From: Glaucostegus cemiculus
Lineage: Eukaryota
DNA length: 64,000 nt
Direction of reading: 5' to 3'
NCBI GenBank assembly: GCA_976551045.1
Contig: CDPCPM010000045.1
Coordinates: 18,290,001 to 18,354,000 of the forward strand
Part shown: one piece after another, positions 36,791-50,529 of the stretch
How positions within the stretch are numbered: position 1 is the stretch's first letter
Layout: each line of letters opens with the position of its first letter
Made by a program: the position numbers and the translations under genes
Notes under the pieces: model-generated
Database searches by the model: none
Told to the model about the DNA's origin: nothing
The model's input: only the letters and a program-made list of their open reading frames with translations

Positions 36791-37269
36791 TTAATTCCTG
36801 CATCACAAACTTGATTCTCTAACACAATCCTTCTCCTTGGCAAATCTCTGAAACTGAACAAGAACGTTCACAAATTTGGTGTTATGCTTGGCCCTGACAT
36901 GAGCATCAGACAACATATTTGTGCCATTATTTAGACTGCCTATTTTAGTCTCCTGACGTCACCTGATTCCAGCCGTGCTTCAACTCTTGTTGCTGAAAAC
37001 TATCCTCTTGTTACCTCTAGACTTGGCAATTCCAACACACTCCTGGCCAGCCTCACACTTCACTATGTTTATAAGCATTCACCAGACTTTTCCCCATTTA
37101 CTCAATTTATTAATAAAGCCTTGTAATTTAATGCTGCCATCTAATCTACTTCCAATACATTCTGTCTTTGATAAACAAATTAAGTTTCCATTCCATTGTC
37201 TAAGTCATATTAGTCCTGGTTGATTTCCCTAAGCTAAGCCTACAAAGACAATTTATAAATCACAAAGCA

Positions 37270-37560
37270 TAGAGTCATGAAGTCGTATAGCACAGAAACA
37301 GTCCCTTCAGCCCATTGAGTCCATGCCTACCATCAAGGGCTCATTTACACTAATCTGACACTATTTTCATCACGTCCCCCCCCAGAGTCTAGCGGGGCCA
37401 TTTACAGTGGATAATATATCTACCAACCCCCATGTCTTTAGGAAGTGGGAGGAAACCAGAGCACCCACATGGTCACAGGGAAAATGTGCAAAGTCTACTC
37501 AGACAGCATTGGGTTGAACCCAGATTGCTGGAGCTGTGAGACAGCAACTCCACTAGAGAC
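37270..37560 (-). mobile_element. Old V-domain SINE with CR1-type tail
   Basis: gggaggaaaccagagcaccc...ggtcacagggaaaatgtgcaaa core. Confidence 0.65.
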
Positions 37561-38592
37561 TGCATCTCTGGTTATCTAAAATATTAATGGCTATAACCTA
37601 AACTGTCAAGTCATTGGCGTCCCACATTTTCGGAGGTCTGTCCTTTGGCTAAAATGTTAAAATACCAACCTGCCAGATCAGGGAAATTATATCTTTTTAC
37701 ATAAGAATATGAGTAGGAATTGGCCAAATGGCACTTTTTTATTTAACGCTTAGCGCCTTCAATTCCTCGTTATCATTAGATTCTTGACTTTCTATTATAT
37801 CCAGCAGATTCTTCTGTAAAGACAGGCACAATGTAATTGTTTAATTCCTCTGTCATGTCCTTATTCCCCTTTTGTAAATTGTCCTTTCTCTGTGTGCAAG
37901 AGGCCCAATTTGTCCTGTGTCTTAAAGGAATCTATTCTTTTTACATACGTATAAAAGCTCTTGCTGTCTATTTTTATGTTTTTTTGCCAGTGTATAATCA
38001 TATTTTATCTTGCCTTTCTTTATCAATTTCTTGATCCCCCTCTGCCAGGTTCTAAAATGCTCCCATGGCCTACTGCCATTTCAGGCAAGCCTCTTTCTTT
38101 GATTTAAAAGCTTTTTTAATTTCTTGAGTCAGCCATAGAATAACTCAATGACTTTTGAATTCTTGAGCTATAAAGGAATTTTTTTTCAACTTATGCATTA
38201 TTTCCTTGAATGCCAACCATTGCTACTATGCCTTTCAATATACTCTCTCAATCAACCCTAACCCAATTCTCCTCTCATACCTTCATAGTTTTCTTAGTTT
38301 CAATTTAAGAGCCTAGTTTTCCATTAAACAGCATCACATACAAAATATTGCATTATCAAGGCAAGTTTGTGAGGTATATATTTTTAGTTTACAACAGTTG
38401 AGGTTGTCATCGTCCATTATGATTTAGAGCAAAAATAATAAAATTATTATGAAATTGGTTGTTCCCTTCCCCATACTATTTTTATACTAGCGGTGCAGTG
38501 TGCAAGATTTTAAACATTATGTAAAAGCTTATGTGAAACTCTGCTATATAGATGCTGTGGCTGTTACCTCTTAACTCTGTGGGGAAATTAAC

Positions 38593-38594
<2 letters not shown>

Positions 38595-38652
<58 letters not shown>
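38595..38652. repeat. (AT)29 microsatellite
   Basis: Perfect dinucleotide run. Confidence 0.98.
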
Positions 38653-38655
<3 letters not shown>

Positions 38656-39161
38656 GTTGCCTATTATTTATCATTGTATTAAGAACACCCTTTGTGTATG
38701 TGTAAGCAGTGTAAGACAATTTTTATTTGTTCACGGATGAAGAAATTTCTCAGAAAGATGGCACTTATTGTCCATCCGCAATTGTCCCTGAACCAAAGAG
38801 GTAATTAAAATTCAACCATGATGGTGGGTCTCAACTCACCTATAGATCAGAGCAGATATCCTGACTTGTGTGACCCAGCTGGGCCGTTACAACAATCCTG
38901 AAGTTTCATGATTACTGATACTGAGAATTTTTTTAAAAATTTAGTTTTTTCACATTAATTACTTGAATTTAAATTCCCCACTTGCCATGGTGGGATTCAA
39001 ATTCATGTTTCTAGATCAATAGTCTGGGAGCTGCGGACTAGTCTAGTAATTTAACTACTATGCTATGATAACCATATTTGGATTGATAAAGAATATATTC
39101 TCAGAAGTGTTCCTTTTCTACTATTTAGAAATTCTTTCAACTTATTTGTAACTTTTATTAG

Positions 39162-39373
39162 AACTTTGCACTACAAAAGAAACCCACAGCTTCTCGTAAG
39201 ACCCAGAAAACAGAAGTACCTATTAATGATGAACTTGATCAGAGTGAAAAGTTTAACGATTATCAGGACAAGAATAAGCTTGAGAAAAAAAAACAACCTC
39301 CAAAGTCTAAGATAAAGGATGCAAAGAAAGAAGAGCATATCCTTAAGAGCCTGGAGTCATCTCATCAGCAGAT
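39162..39373 (+). CDS. ODAD2: ODAD2 coding exon 7 (charged linker)
   Basis: Boundaries ttttattag|AAC and AT|gtaagt; open K/E-rich frame NFALQKKPTASRKTQKTEV...LESSHQQ; 212 nt. Phase 0 to 2 fits the neighbouring exons; sequence similarity is weak. Confidence 0.8.
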
Positions 39374-39539
39374 GTAAGTAATCAATGGTGAAATGTGAAC
39401 TTATCGACCTGCAGCTTGGTATAAAAGTAAGAAGAAATATATTTGCAGTGTGATAAAACTGGGAATTTTTCAAATGTAGAAAATTTTCATCACAGAAAAA
39501 TGAGCCCAACATTTGTTTTATAATTTAGTTTTCATGCCC

Positions 39540-40040
39540 TCTGACTGTCTCATCCAGTTGTACCTCTGCAACCTCTAGTCACTGCATTTAAGGAAGGAAG
39601 TGGGGACCTTAAGGGGATTCAGAAGAGATTTACCAGAATGATTCCAGAGATGAGGGATTTTAAGTGCAGAATTAGCCTAAAGAAGCTAGGAGCAATGAGG
39701 TTGATAGGAAACTTGATAGAGGTATAAAATATTGAAAGATTTAGAGAAGGTAGACAAAAGAACAAGCTATTTTCCCATTAGCAGCTAATATATGGACATG
39801 GCAATATGGATCTAAGGTTATGGACAAGAGATAGAAGAAGATGTGAGGAACAGCATTTTTATGTAGCAAGTGATGGTAATCTGGGGATTGCTGTCCACAA
39901 GGCTGGTGGAAGCAGATGTGAACAATGATATCAAAAGAAAATCTGATAAGCATTTGAGGGAACTAAACATGCAGGGCCATGGGAACAGGACTGACTAGAT
40001 ACCTCTATAGAGCCTGGCCTGAACTTGATTAGGGCAAACA
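39540..40040 (+). mobile_element. CR1 3' end
   Basis: QKRFTRMIPEMR motif followed by the 3' UTR. Confidence 0.7.
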
Positions 40041-40479
40041 ACCTCTTTTATTACTGTATTGACCCAAATAGTGTTGACTGAGATTTCCTCCTTATGCCTG
40101 CTGCCTGCAGAGCCACCCCTGTGCTCCATCTCATGCCTGCACTAAATTTTTGTGGTGGCATGATTCCCTAAACACTGCCAGCATTGTTACTATGGTCCTG
40201 CAAAACACAGCAAGCCATGAGTAATAACTAGGCTGCTGTTAGCACAAACTAAGAGCCTGACCAACCAGACATTTGGATGCAGAGAAAGATAAAATAATTA
40301 AAAAAAAAAAAAAACATCTGTTAAAAGATCAGCAATTAAAACGATAAATTTATTTTGAAACAACCAAAACTGTTATTAAGTAAATAACATCATAAATGTA
40401 ATCACTCAAATTAATGGGGTTGCGCTAAATAGCTGGCTCAAAATTTAAGAGCCACATATTAAGTGCATATTCCTTTCAT

Positions 40480-41750
40480 CTTGGCAACTTACTTAGTGGT
40501 GAGTTCAATGGCAGGATGGTGGATCAGATATGCATACATCTGCCCTCTGGAATACTACAGTCCCATCAGATATGCCAGCTAGCCACCAGCACCTTATGGC
40601 TCTAAGGTTAGTATTTTAGGGTTTCTGCAGTGTGGTACACACAGTATTTGTATTAAAACCCCATTTGCTGATTTATGCTATAGTTTCCTGAAATGATTAC
40701 ATACATAGGTATGGAACAGAGAATCTGTTCCTTTCCTCTCTGGTGACCATATTTGATACAAGCTCTCGATTAAACTACTCTGATGTATATGGCAAAGGAT
40801 TTTCTTGTAATACATAATTTTTGTTGCATCTGAGAAAAATACACATCTTGACAAAATGTTCCTTTGCATCTTTCAGACCTTTTATTTCCAATCTAATAGT
40901 TGACATGTGATCATCACTTCATCCAGGATATACTGCTAGTGGCACCATTTCTATTTGCCCATGCAGGAACTCTGCAGCTGACTCCTGGTTGAGCCCTTCA
41001 ACTGTTATTTCTTTAAGTTCTAAATGACAACATTTTCTTGCATATTGTTCCAAATGTCAGGACCTTGGTTACCCTTTACTGTGCCACTGTCCAAATTAAG
41101 TAGATTGCAGCTGAAGTAGTATATAATTAGTGTCTTGATATTTGTATCTTTCTCCAGAATATCAGACATTACCCAATATTGCTACACCATTCCCTTTGCA
41201 TATCTCTCTTTGTATTTGCCATATCGTTTAGGTACATATTGAATGTATGTTCCAAGTCTGCTCCTGGGGCTTGATTGTTGCAGAATCCATGAGACTGAAC
41301 ATCCTCCCCTCTAGGCTGGTTTGTCTTGGTGAAGGATTCTCCTGCTGGCTGGGTCTGCTGCTTCTTCTGCGTAACCTTGCCTTGTCTGAGCAGGGAGATG
41401 CACGATGTGCACATTTGTTTTCTTTGATGAACATACAGTATGTATATGCACAGCTTTAGAGGAGCTCTCTTGGCTCAGTAATGTACTCATTGGTTAGTGC
41501 ATGGAAGTCACTACCGTTTTAGCTTCCTAGCCTCAGGATCATTCCAAATTGTTTCCATTGACATAAGCCACATCTCACAGTTTGTTTGTCACTGCTGCAT
41601 GAGGGAAATCATTCAGACTTCTTCTACTTTTCTTTCAGCTCACAGGAAGATTTGCCTGCTTTGCAGACTTTCCCAGAGTGAAGGTGTTCATAGACTGCAT
41701 GCACATAGCAGCAGCTGTGAGAGCTTGCATTTGATCAAAAAATAATGTGC
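40480..41750. mobile_element. Possible PIF/Harbinger relic (transposase on +, accessory ORF on -)
   Basis: GFLQC..GTH..IKTP, KGF and TCDH on +; low-complexity ORFs and FFDQM on -. The match is weak. Confidence 0.3.
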
Positions 41751-42615
41751 ATTGAAACTAATACCATGCCAAGATACACAATGAAACCCAGCAACACTAT
41801 TCTGGGGAAAGCAATAGAATGTAATATTGTTTAAAGGTTTTTGAAAAACAGTGTTAGGGGGACACAGTGTGCTGTTTTAATACCTTTAAATGTAGCAAAG
41901 TAATTCTTGGCTGACATTTCCAGCAGTGCAGTATTCCCTCAGTACTGCAATAGTATCTGTCTGGTTGACCATCTGTCCTTTGATCAACTCGCATGTTTGA
42001 TGAAGAACTTTAAGGCAAACCTTTAACTTTTACCACTCTTTATTGTATATCAGTTACTCATTAAAAAACACCACAAGATCTTCTTTCTTTGCAGTTTGGG
42101 CTGCTGGTTGTTAAAGGAATTCATCTAGTCTCATTGTTCTTTTGTTTGTCCTTTAGCCTCCTTTGTGGAATTTCCCCAAGAAGACAAAAGGTTGATGCTA
42201 ATTTAAAATTGGCTTCTTTTTCCATCTATAGATGCATCAATGCTAGTCAGATGTCAATAGACATTCTATTTAATTTTTCAGAAACTGACTGTTCTTATAT
42301 CCATAGTTAGCCTGAGGTTTGTGCATGATTGCCGCCTTCAGTTGTTTATCTGTGTGTTCCATTTAGAACTCAGGTTTTCTCTATTAGGTCCCAAAGTCAT
42401 TTAAATGCAACTTGTTGAATTGATAACTGTTTAGATTCCTTCCTTGTGTCAACAACTTCTTCAAATATTTTAATGAACTTTCTAAAAGATCAGCATTATC
42501 AGTAGGAATAAAAGATGTTTAAATTCTCTTTTTACATAGTTCAAGGCTATTATTTGCTAACTTGGACACAATGTGATTTCTGCAATCCTCAAGGTAATTT
42601 TCCTATCTTTTAAAG

Positions 42616-42753
42616 CTCAAAAGATGACAAAACTCAACTGAAAGATCAGACTCCCAGCAAGATTAAACAAGACAAAGAAAATGAGGAAATAATTACAACC
42701 AGGAGATACAAGTGCAAAGCGTCTAAAGAAAAGAAATTTTCATTAAAGAGAAT
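42616..42753 (+). CDS. ODAD2: ODAD2 coding exon 8 (charged linker, phase 2-2)
   Basis: Boundaries cttttaaag|C and AT|gtgagc; encodes SKDDKTQLKDQTPSKIKQDKENEEIITTRRYKCKASKEKKFSLKR; 138 nt; purine-rich and open in the required frame. Confidence 0.7.
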
Positions 42754-43439
42754 GTGAGCTTCTGTTAATAATTGGTTTATCTTCTTTGCATTTTCCCATG
42801 TTGGGGTAGGATAGTCAAGATTGTACATAATCCTTGGGTGAAATGGGATGAGAGTGGAGGACAATTAATCATGGGAACACAGATAAATTTTAACCTTTAT
42901 CCTGATGTCCCTCTGTGTTGATGGTTGGTTGGTAAAGTCCTCTGGCCAAAAGCATTGTATTACTGCCCCGAAGGTGTAATTGGAATGTGTGAAGTTTATA
43001 TTGTCTATTTCCATTTTAAATGAATTTAATAATGAATGAGCTAGTTGCACTGACCTAAATCTATTCCCTTCAGTCCCCATTGAAATCATTCAGAAATTAT
43101 GCATAATCTTGTCTAGGATCCAACTGGTGATTTCCCAGTTGGACTTCATATCGAGTTTAGTGGAGCAATCTAAATATTTGGTCCTCTGAATCCACCAGGA
43201 AATCTGGGATTTCCATACTTTATAATGTATGTGTGGAAATCTGGGACTTAATTCAGTTTCAGTGGTTGGGATCAAAATTGAAGGTCCAGCCGAATGAGTT
43301 ATGTTATTCCATTTTATCCTGACCTTGTTGCTTTAGGCCCCACTGAAGTTAGCCCTCCTCCAATTAAGAAGTTCTACTTTAGGTTGCTCCTTGCCTTTTT
43401 CCATTTCTAATTCTTATGCAATAATGACCAGTTAACTGT

Positions 43440-44180
43440 AAGTTAAACCAGGGTAGGAGTTACATAGTAAATGGCAGGGTTCTGGTGAGTGTTGTAGAAC
43501 ACAGAGACCTCAGGGTACAAATACCTCATTCCCTGAAAGTGGCGACATATATAGACAGAGTGGTGAAGAAGTCATTTTGCATACTTGCCCATTGGTCAGT
43601 ACATTGAGTGCAAGGGTTGGGATGTCATGTTACAACTATCCAAGACATTGGTGAGACCACTCTTGGCATATTCCGTGCAGTTTTGTTTGGCTAGCTATGG
43701 GAATTATGTCATTAAGCTGGAGAGGATGTAGAAAAGATTCAGAATGAAGCCGGGTTTGGAGGGCTTGAGTTATAAGGAAAGAATGGACAGGCTGGGGCTT
43801 TTCTTCCCTGAAGCGAAGGAGGTTGAGAGATGACTTTATAAAGGGGCAGAGATAAAGTGAATGGACCTTTTCTCCAGGGTAGGGGAGTCTAAAGCTAGGG
43901 GGGATAGATTTAAGGTGAGAGGGGATAATTTTAAAGTGAATCTGAGGGACAATTTTTTCATACAGTGAGTAGTAAGTATGTGAAACAAGCTGCAGAGGAA
44001 GTGATAAAGGTGGGTATAATTGCAACATTTAAAAGACATTTAGACAGGTACGTGGATATGCAAGTTTTAGAGGAATATGGGTCAAATGCAGGCAAATGGG
44101 ACTAGCTGAGGTTGGCAACTTGGTCAGCATGAACGATTTGGGCCAAAGAGCCCATTTCCATGCTATACAACTCTATAAAG
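43440..44180 (+). mobile_element. CR1/HER1-like LINE 3' end, flanked by minus-strand CR1 remnants (42770-43430, 44200-44900)
   Basis: RDLRVQI..SLKVA...DRVVKK and LVRP.L.Y.VQF motifs, plus the typical 3' UTR. Confidence 0.8.
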
Positions 44181-45523
44181 CTATAATTCTATATTTTCCT
44201 GAGCCAGCTCCAGCAATGATCAAGGAAATACATCTAAACATAATTCAGAAACTCTCCACCTTTTTTGTTAAAGAAATACTGGGATAATTGATATCACCCA
44301 ATAACACCACTCTAGTTCACAAACATTTTGAAATTTTATCACAGGTTTATTCCTCTACTTCCCTTGCAATATTTGGTCACCTATAGATTTTCCATAGTAG
44401 TATGATAGCCTCCTTCTTGCTTCTTAACTTAAGGGATTCTGTCTTCCTAGGGTATCTTACTTCTACACCACTACAACTCCTTAACAGTGCAACCACTCTT
44501 TTTCCCTTTTTTGAGCACCTTGTACTCAGAAATAAAAAATAAATCATCCTGACTTTTTTGTTGTGAGATATATTTCAAATACTGCCATTGCATTGAACTG
44601 CTATATGGCTATTCATGTGGCTAATGCTCAACAGTCTAATTCACTGCACGTTGTGTGGCTGTGTATATGCTTTTTAAACATGTTTTTGTTGACCACATAA
44701 TCTTTCTTAATCTGCTCCCACGTAATACAAGATCCTTCATACTCTAGCACTGTCTTAACTCATTTGTGCAACATATTCACTTTTTCTGCTTATGCATGTT
44801 GGTGGGTATCTAGAGCCTGAATTCTATTAGTGCTTGGCACTATCATCTACCTATTGTGTCTTCTGTTTTGAACTGAGTTACTTGAGACCAAGGTTGCACT
44901 TATTGGTGGACAGGAAATTGACAAATTCTTATGTGGAGTTAGTTGACAAAGTCTTAAGGTGATAGTTGCAAGGGGAGTTGTTGTGTGAAGTGGATGGCAT
45001 TGGCAATTTTTGTAGGGGTACTGAGAAATATTGTTGCTCTCCTTGACCCTTAACTAAAGTTAAAAATATTATTGGGCTACCTTTGAGCAACTTCCAGCAG
45101 TGCAAACTATTATATTCCATGTATGAATCCTCAGTTAATAGCAGTCTGTACTTGGAAACATTAAGATCTGGACAATATTTAAGTATGGACTATTAAGTTG
45201 CAGGTAACATTTACACCACAAAAGTTCCAAACAATGACCCATCACCAAAAAAAATGAAATGTAGCCACTTCTCATTTACATTCAGTCCAATTACCAAAGT
45301 CAAATCCACTACTAACAACAATTTGTGGGATACCATTGACCAGAAACTTAAGTGGACTTGGCACAAAGGAGAGACAATATGACCAAAATGATTTTATGAA
45401 TATTTTTCATCATTTACATATTTAAATAAATCATGTAACATACGGCCAAAGGAATATTCTAACAGTGTAAAAGTGAACAGTTTCTTTTTCAGCTACTAAG
45501 TTGTTTTTATTTTGTAATGGCAG

Positions 45524-45665
45524 AGGTTCTCTCGAGGCAGAAGAATTGGATGAAAGTTCTACAGATAGTGAGGAAGAGCAACAAGATATGGATAGACAAC
45601 AGGAATCTAACACTGATTTGCCTTCTGAATATTGGCAGATTCAGAAAGTGGTGAAATACCTGAAG
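45524..45665 (+). CDS. ODAD2: ODAD2 coding exon 9
   Basis: Boundaries ggcag|A and AAG|gtaatg; encodes GSLEAEELDESSTDSEEEQQDMDRQQESNTDLPSEYWQIQKVVKYLK; 142 nt. Confidence 0.95.
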
Positions 45666-48600
45666 GTAATGACATAAACTTTAGCCCATGAATGTGCTTG
45701 CTCACATACTATGTTAGAAAACAAAAAATATTCTTCTCAAAGTTTAGACATTTCTTTTCAGAGAATATATGAGCCACAGATCCAATATCGATGCAAGTGG
45801 ATTTGATGAGAATGGTTGGGGGTTGGACACACAGTTTTTGATGGGAAACTCTGAACATGCGTGATCCCTGCCAGTAAGTCAGGCTGATTGTCAGACTTGG
45901 CTTCCAATTAGCAAGGAGTGCAGGTCAGAGACAGTGGCAAGGATCCTTCAGTTCTAGTAGGACCTGGGGGCTGCAGGGGTTGCAGCAGGTTGGTGCCTGA
46001 TCCCCAGTACTGCTAATGTTGTTTTGATCATTGATTGGAGGTATTGGGATGGGTTGTTTGATGGAAGTGGATGATCAATGCAAAGGAATACAGAAAATAT
46101 TGGTGCCTTGGGCTCTGTGCTTCTTCTCTTTAGCCATGAGCACAGAAACATGCGAAATAGGAGCAAGAGCTGTCCACTCAATCTTTTGAGCCTGGTCTGC
46201 CTTTTAACGAGATCACAGCTAATCTGATTGCCTGTTACATCCATGTTTGCTTTCAGTGACTTCAGGGTAAGCACACCTTGTTTCCTTCGAACATTAACAT
46301 TTCCCAATCTCTCACTATTTTAAAAATACAGAGCATTTCTGTCTTTTTTTACTCCCAAGTAGAAACCTCATCTTTTTTTCCACATTGTATTCATTTGCTG
46401 TGTTGTTGTCCACTCGCTTGTTTTTACCCTGTTGAAGTCCCTTTGCATTCTCATCACAATTCACATTCATAATTAGTTCTGTGTCATCAGCTAATCATCT
46501 TACTTTTTTAATAATGAGCTGTTAGGGCATAAAATATTAAATCAGACCAATGTGCAAGATATCAGTAAGCTGCTCCGCAGAAGTATTCTGTCACATCTAA
46601 TTCTGTATAAAACTCGTTATGTAATTATTTGCAGAGAACTAAAGCTTCATTTCAGTTTATAATCACTGGGATATATTTTTCTTTCATTATCACATTATTA
46701 AGATATGAACTGATATATAAATGTATTTATTTTCTGGTATTTGAATTGCACTATATGTTTAAAACAGTTTCTAATGAGGTCTAGCAACGGAAGGAAGTGC
46801 AAATTTTAAGTGTTTTAGCATGAGCCATCTGTTTCTATATTAGGTTAGCAGAAGCTCAACAATGCTTTTGTGTTGTAGAAATATGTACATATTTATGTAA
46901 CTGCCTATGCTATTGTACATGTGCTGAACACCTGCAACAATAATCTTTTTAATATAAAACATTTGGTCAGAGCTATAAATTGCGTAGTGTTTGAATGAGA
47001 TCAAAATCTGGTTAACCACATAACATTTGTTTTACAAGCAAAATACCAATTGCTTAATTAGGCAACAACTCTTGTAATTGGAAACAAAATTAATGGTTTT
47101 CAAATAAATTCAAGGATTAAAGACATGGCTCGTTCAATTAGACTTACTCAGTGAAGAGTAAAGTATTACACAACAGCATAATCTATGTAACTAAAAAAGT
47201 AATCATAGAAACCATACCTGCAATTTTTAAGAAATTTTATTTTCCAGCCCTGAGTTCCACAGATGTTTAAGAACATTTGGTAAAATCTCAAGCCTAGGTA
47301 TTTGGGTAGTTTTAGAATTTAGTAGGAAATACTTACATAGCTTATCAGACTGAAAATGCTGAACATGAAAAAAAAGATGGTCCTATAAAAAGGATAGATT
47401 TTAATCCAGCGACGGGACCTTTTTTTAAATTCTTGGATTGTAATTAAATGGAACTGATCCCTTTTCCACATGGAAATGGGATGAGAAGAAGTGCAAGGTG
47501 GATTCAGGCAGAGGAAGGGAATCAGGCTGGTAGTCAGGGAAATCTCAGAATGCCTCTTGCTCCAAAACTGTTTCAATGTTGGATAATGGTGGGGGTGAAT
47601 GTATTTCTGAGGAGATAAGGATATTACGGATTTCCCAGGGATTGCTAGCAGCCCTACAGCCAGGAGAGCAAACCTGCTAAGTATATTGTTATTTATATTT
47701 ACATTTTTTTGTGAATTTTCTACTATATTTTGCTATGTAATTGAAGCCTCACTGACCTTGTAATCTCTGGCATCTACCCTGAGAGGGCAAGGGAGGAGGG
47801 AATGTCACAGACATGGCTGGGAACCACTGGCCTACAGGAAATTCAGTAACTGATTTTGCATTCTTTTGTTTATCTAATATCTGCTTTTTGTCCGATGATC
47901 CACTCTTCATAGCATGTTATACACATAAGAACTATAATGGTGCTTGATCATACACCCAGGCACACAAGAACACAAGAAACAGGAGCAGAAACAGTGCATA
48001 CTGCATACTTCAGCTGAATCTGTCTGTAAGATTATGGAGTAATTTTAAAGCTATAACAAAGGAGCAACTATTGTCATTTTTCGTGAAGAACCTAGGAACA
48101 AGAGTTAGTTATTCAGAAAAAAGAACTGTGAATTTTATTTTCTTCAATCTGAACAAGCAACTTGTGTTTTATTTTAATGCCTCATCTGAAAAGCATTTCT
48201 TCTAACAACTCAGCTTCTCCTCAATACTGCACCGTGCATTGATTCTTCAATATTTCTGTAAATTTTTCCACAAATGTTCCTTGTACAGTTAAAATTTGTA
48301 GCAAAAGGTATGTAACTTAGCTTGAAAGGTAAGGTGTACAGAACGCATTAATATTTGAATCAACTTAGCATTTGCCATGGTCATCAGACCTAAACTACTT
48401 CCATATTGAAGGAGTTAAGGCAAAGTAGCACAGCAAATAAATGTTAAAGCTTGAAGGGCAGGTGCAGTAATGTTCAAGTGGCCATTTTATGTTTCATTTA
48501 TGTGGCCAAGTAACTACATGCATATCATGAATCTTGTTTAGTTGGGAATCTCCTTTTGAGAACAGGCTTGGAAATGGAAAAATAACTGAAGTCTAAGGTT

Positions 48601-48899
48601 GTCACCAGAAATTGTTCTGTCATCATCTGGAAATGTATGTAAAAATGTGAGAGAGCTCTTAAAAGATGTGCTCAGCAGCTCCAGTCAAGGTTGTGAGAAG
48701 TTAACAAGATGCTTCCTGGTATAAAAACAGAAAATGCCGAAGACACTCAGCAGGGGACAACATCTGTGGAAAAAGAAAAAGAGTTATCGTTACAGTAGAA
48801 AGACCCATCACTGTCTTTTTTATTTCAGATTTCTTGTATCTGCAGTTTTTCAATTTTGAAACATCTATTATAATTTTTCCATCTACTTGGTATAGAGTC

Positions 48900-50030
48900 A
48901 TAGAGCAAACTTGCAAAATTCTCTGTCAGGACCTCTGCAATCTCCTCCCTTGTTTCCCGTAGCAGTCCTGGGGATTTATCCACCTAATGCTTTCTAAGAC
49001 ATCTAACACCTCCACCCTTTTAATACTGATAAACTCCAGACTACCAATGAATCCCTCCCTGAACTCTCTATCCTCCGTGTCTGTCTCCTTGATGAAAACA
49101 AAAAGAAATATTCATGTAGAACCTTGCCCACATCCCTTAGCTATACACATAGATTACCCTATTGGTCCATCAGGGAACCCATATTTTCCCTAGCTTGCCT
49201 CTAGCTCCTAATATACTTATAGAATTACTTAGAATTCCCCTTAATCTTACCTGGCAGGTATATTTCATGACCTCATTTTGCCCTCCTATTGCTTTCTTAA
49301 GTGCCCTCTGTATTCCTCAAGGGACTTGCTTAATTGTAATCTGCAAAACCTGCCATATACTTTTTTATGCTTTTTTTTTCTGATTAAGCCTTCAGTAAAC
49401 TTTGTCATCTAAGGTTCCCTAATGTGGCCATATTTGCTCTTAATTGTTATCAGAACATCCTGGCTGATCTCTTCCTAACTCTCTTTTAAAAGACTTCCAC
49501 TTGCACCTGCCTTCACAATCTTCTCAAGCAGTGCATTCCAGATTGCAGCTATCCTCTGGATTTAAAAAAAATTCTCAGATCCCCTCTAATCCTCCTACTC
49601 CTCACCTTAAACCTCCTACTCCTCACCTTATGTCCTCTGGTTTTATACATCTCCAATATGGGGAGAAGTTTTCACTATCTACCGTAACCAAACCCCTTAT
49701 TATTATTTTATACCTCCATCAGTTTCCCCATTAGCCTCCACTGCTTCAAGGAAAACAAACCCAACCTATCCCATCTCTCCTCATAACTGAAATATTCCAT
49801 CCAAAGCACATCTTAGTAAATCTCCTCTTCAGTGCATTCAACTGCTTTCTATTGTTTAGCAACCAGAACTGCACACAATACTTCAGCTGTTCTCCTAACC
49901 AGAACTTTTATAGCATTATACCATGACCTTCATGCTCTTATATTCTGTATATCTTCTTCTTCACTGCCATATCTACCAGTGCTGCCAGATCTATGGACAC
50001 CAATGTCCATCTGTTTCTTAGTACTCTCTA
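48900..50030 (-). mobile_element. Decayed CR1 fragments
   Basis: Similar to 21250-21900 and to CR1 3' ends elsewhere in the window. Confidence 0.55.
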
Positions 50031-50191
50031 GAGTAGATATGGTTGTGTATATATATTTATGTGCCATGACACAAAAATGACAGAACTTTGAGTGTCAGGA
50101 GAGCATGTCAGAAGTTAGGATGCAAAGATCAGGTTGGCTTACATTCTCTAGTTAATGAAAAATGAATCAATGGCAAAAACTTTAAAACTTC

Positions 50192-50429
50192 ATTTACACA
50201 GCACGGTAACAGGCCCTTCCGGCCCAACGAGCCTGCGCAACCCAATTACACCCATGTTAATCTACTAACCCGTATGTCTTTGGAATGTGGAAGGAAACCA
50301 GAGCACCTGGAGGAAACCCACACAGTCACAGGGAGAATGTACAAACTCCTGCAGACAGTGGCGGGAATTGAACCCCGATTGCTGATGCTGTAGTAGCTTT
50401 ACACTAACCGCTACGCTACCATACCGTCC
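50192..50429 (-). mobile_element. V-domain SINE (HE1-like) with CR1-type tail
   Basis: cagcacggtaacaggcccttccggccc tail, V core and tRNA head. Confidence 0.88.
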
Positions 50430-50529
50430 ATACCGTAAATCAAGTATTTATTGCTGCATAGATCTTCGTACCTTAATTAATAATACTTGTTCTCATCACT
50501 CACACAGCTTTTCTGCAAGTTTTATTATT

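Noticed and set aside
38552-38740. ORF with IY repeat
   Set aside because: It is the translation of the (AT)n microsatellite.
45481-45523. Stronger-looking upstream acceptor (tttctttttcag at 45492) for exon 9
   Set aside because: It would add 31 nt and shift the frame; 45524 preserves the ARMC4 reading frame.
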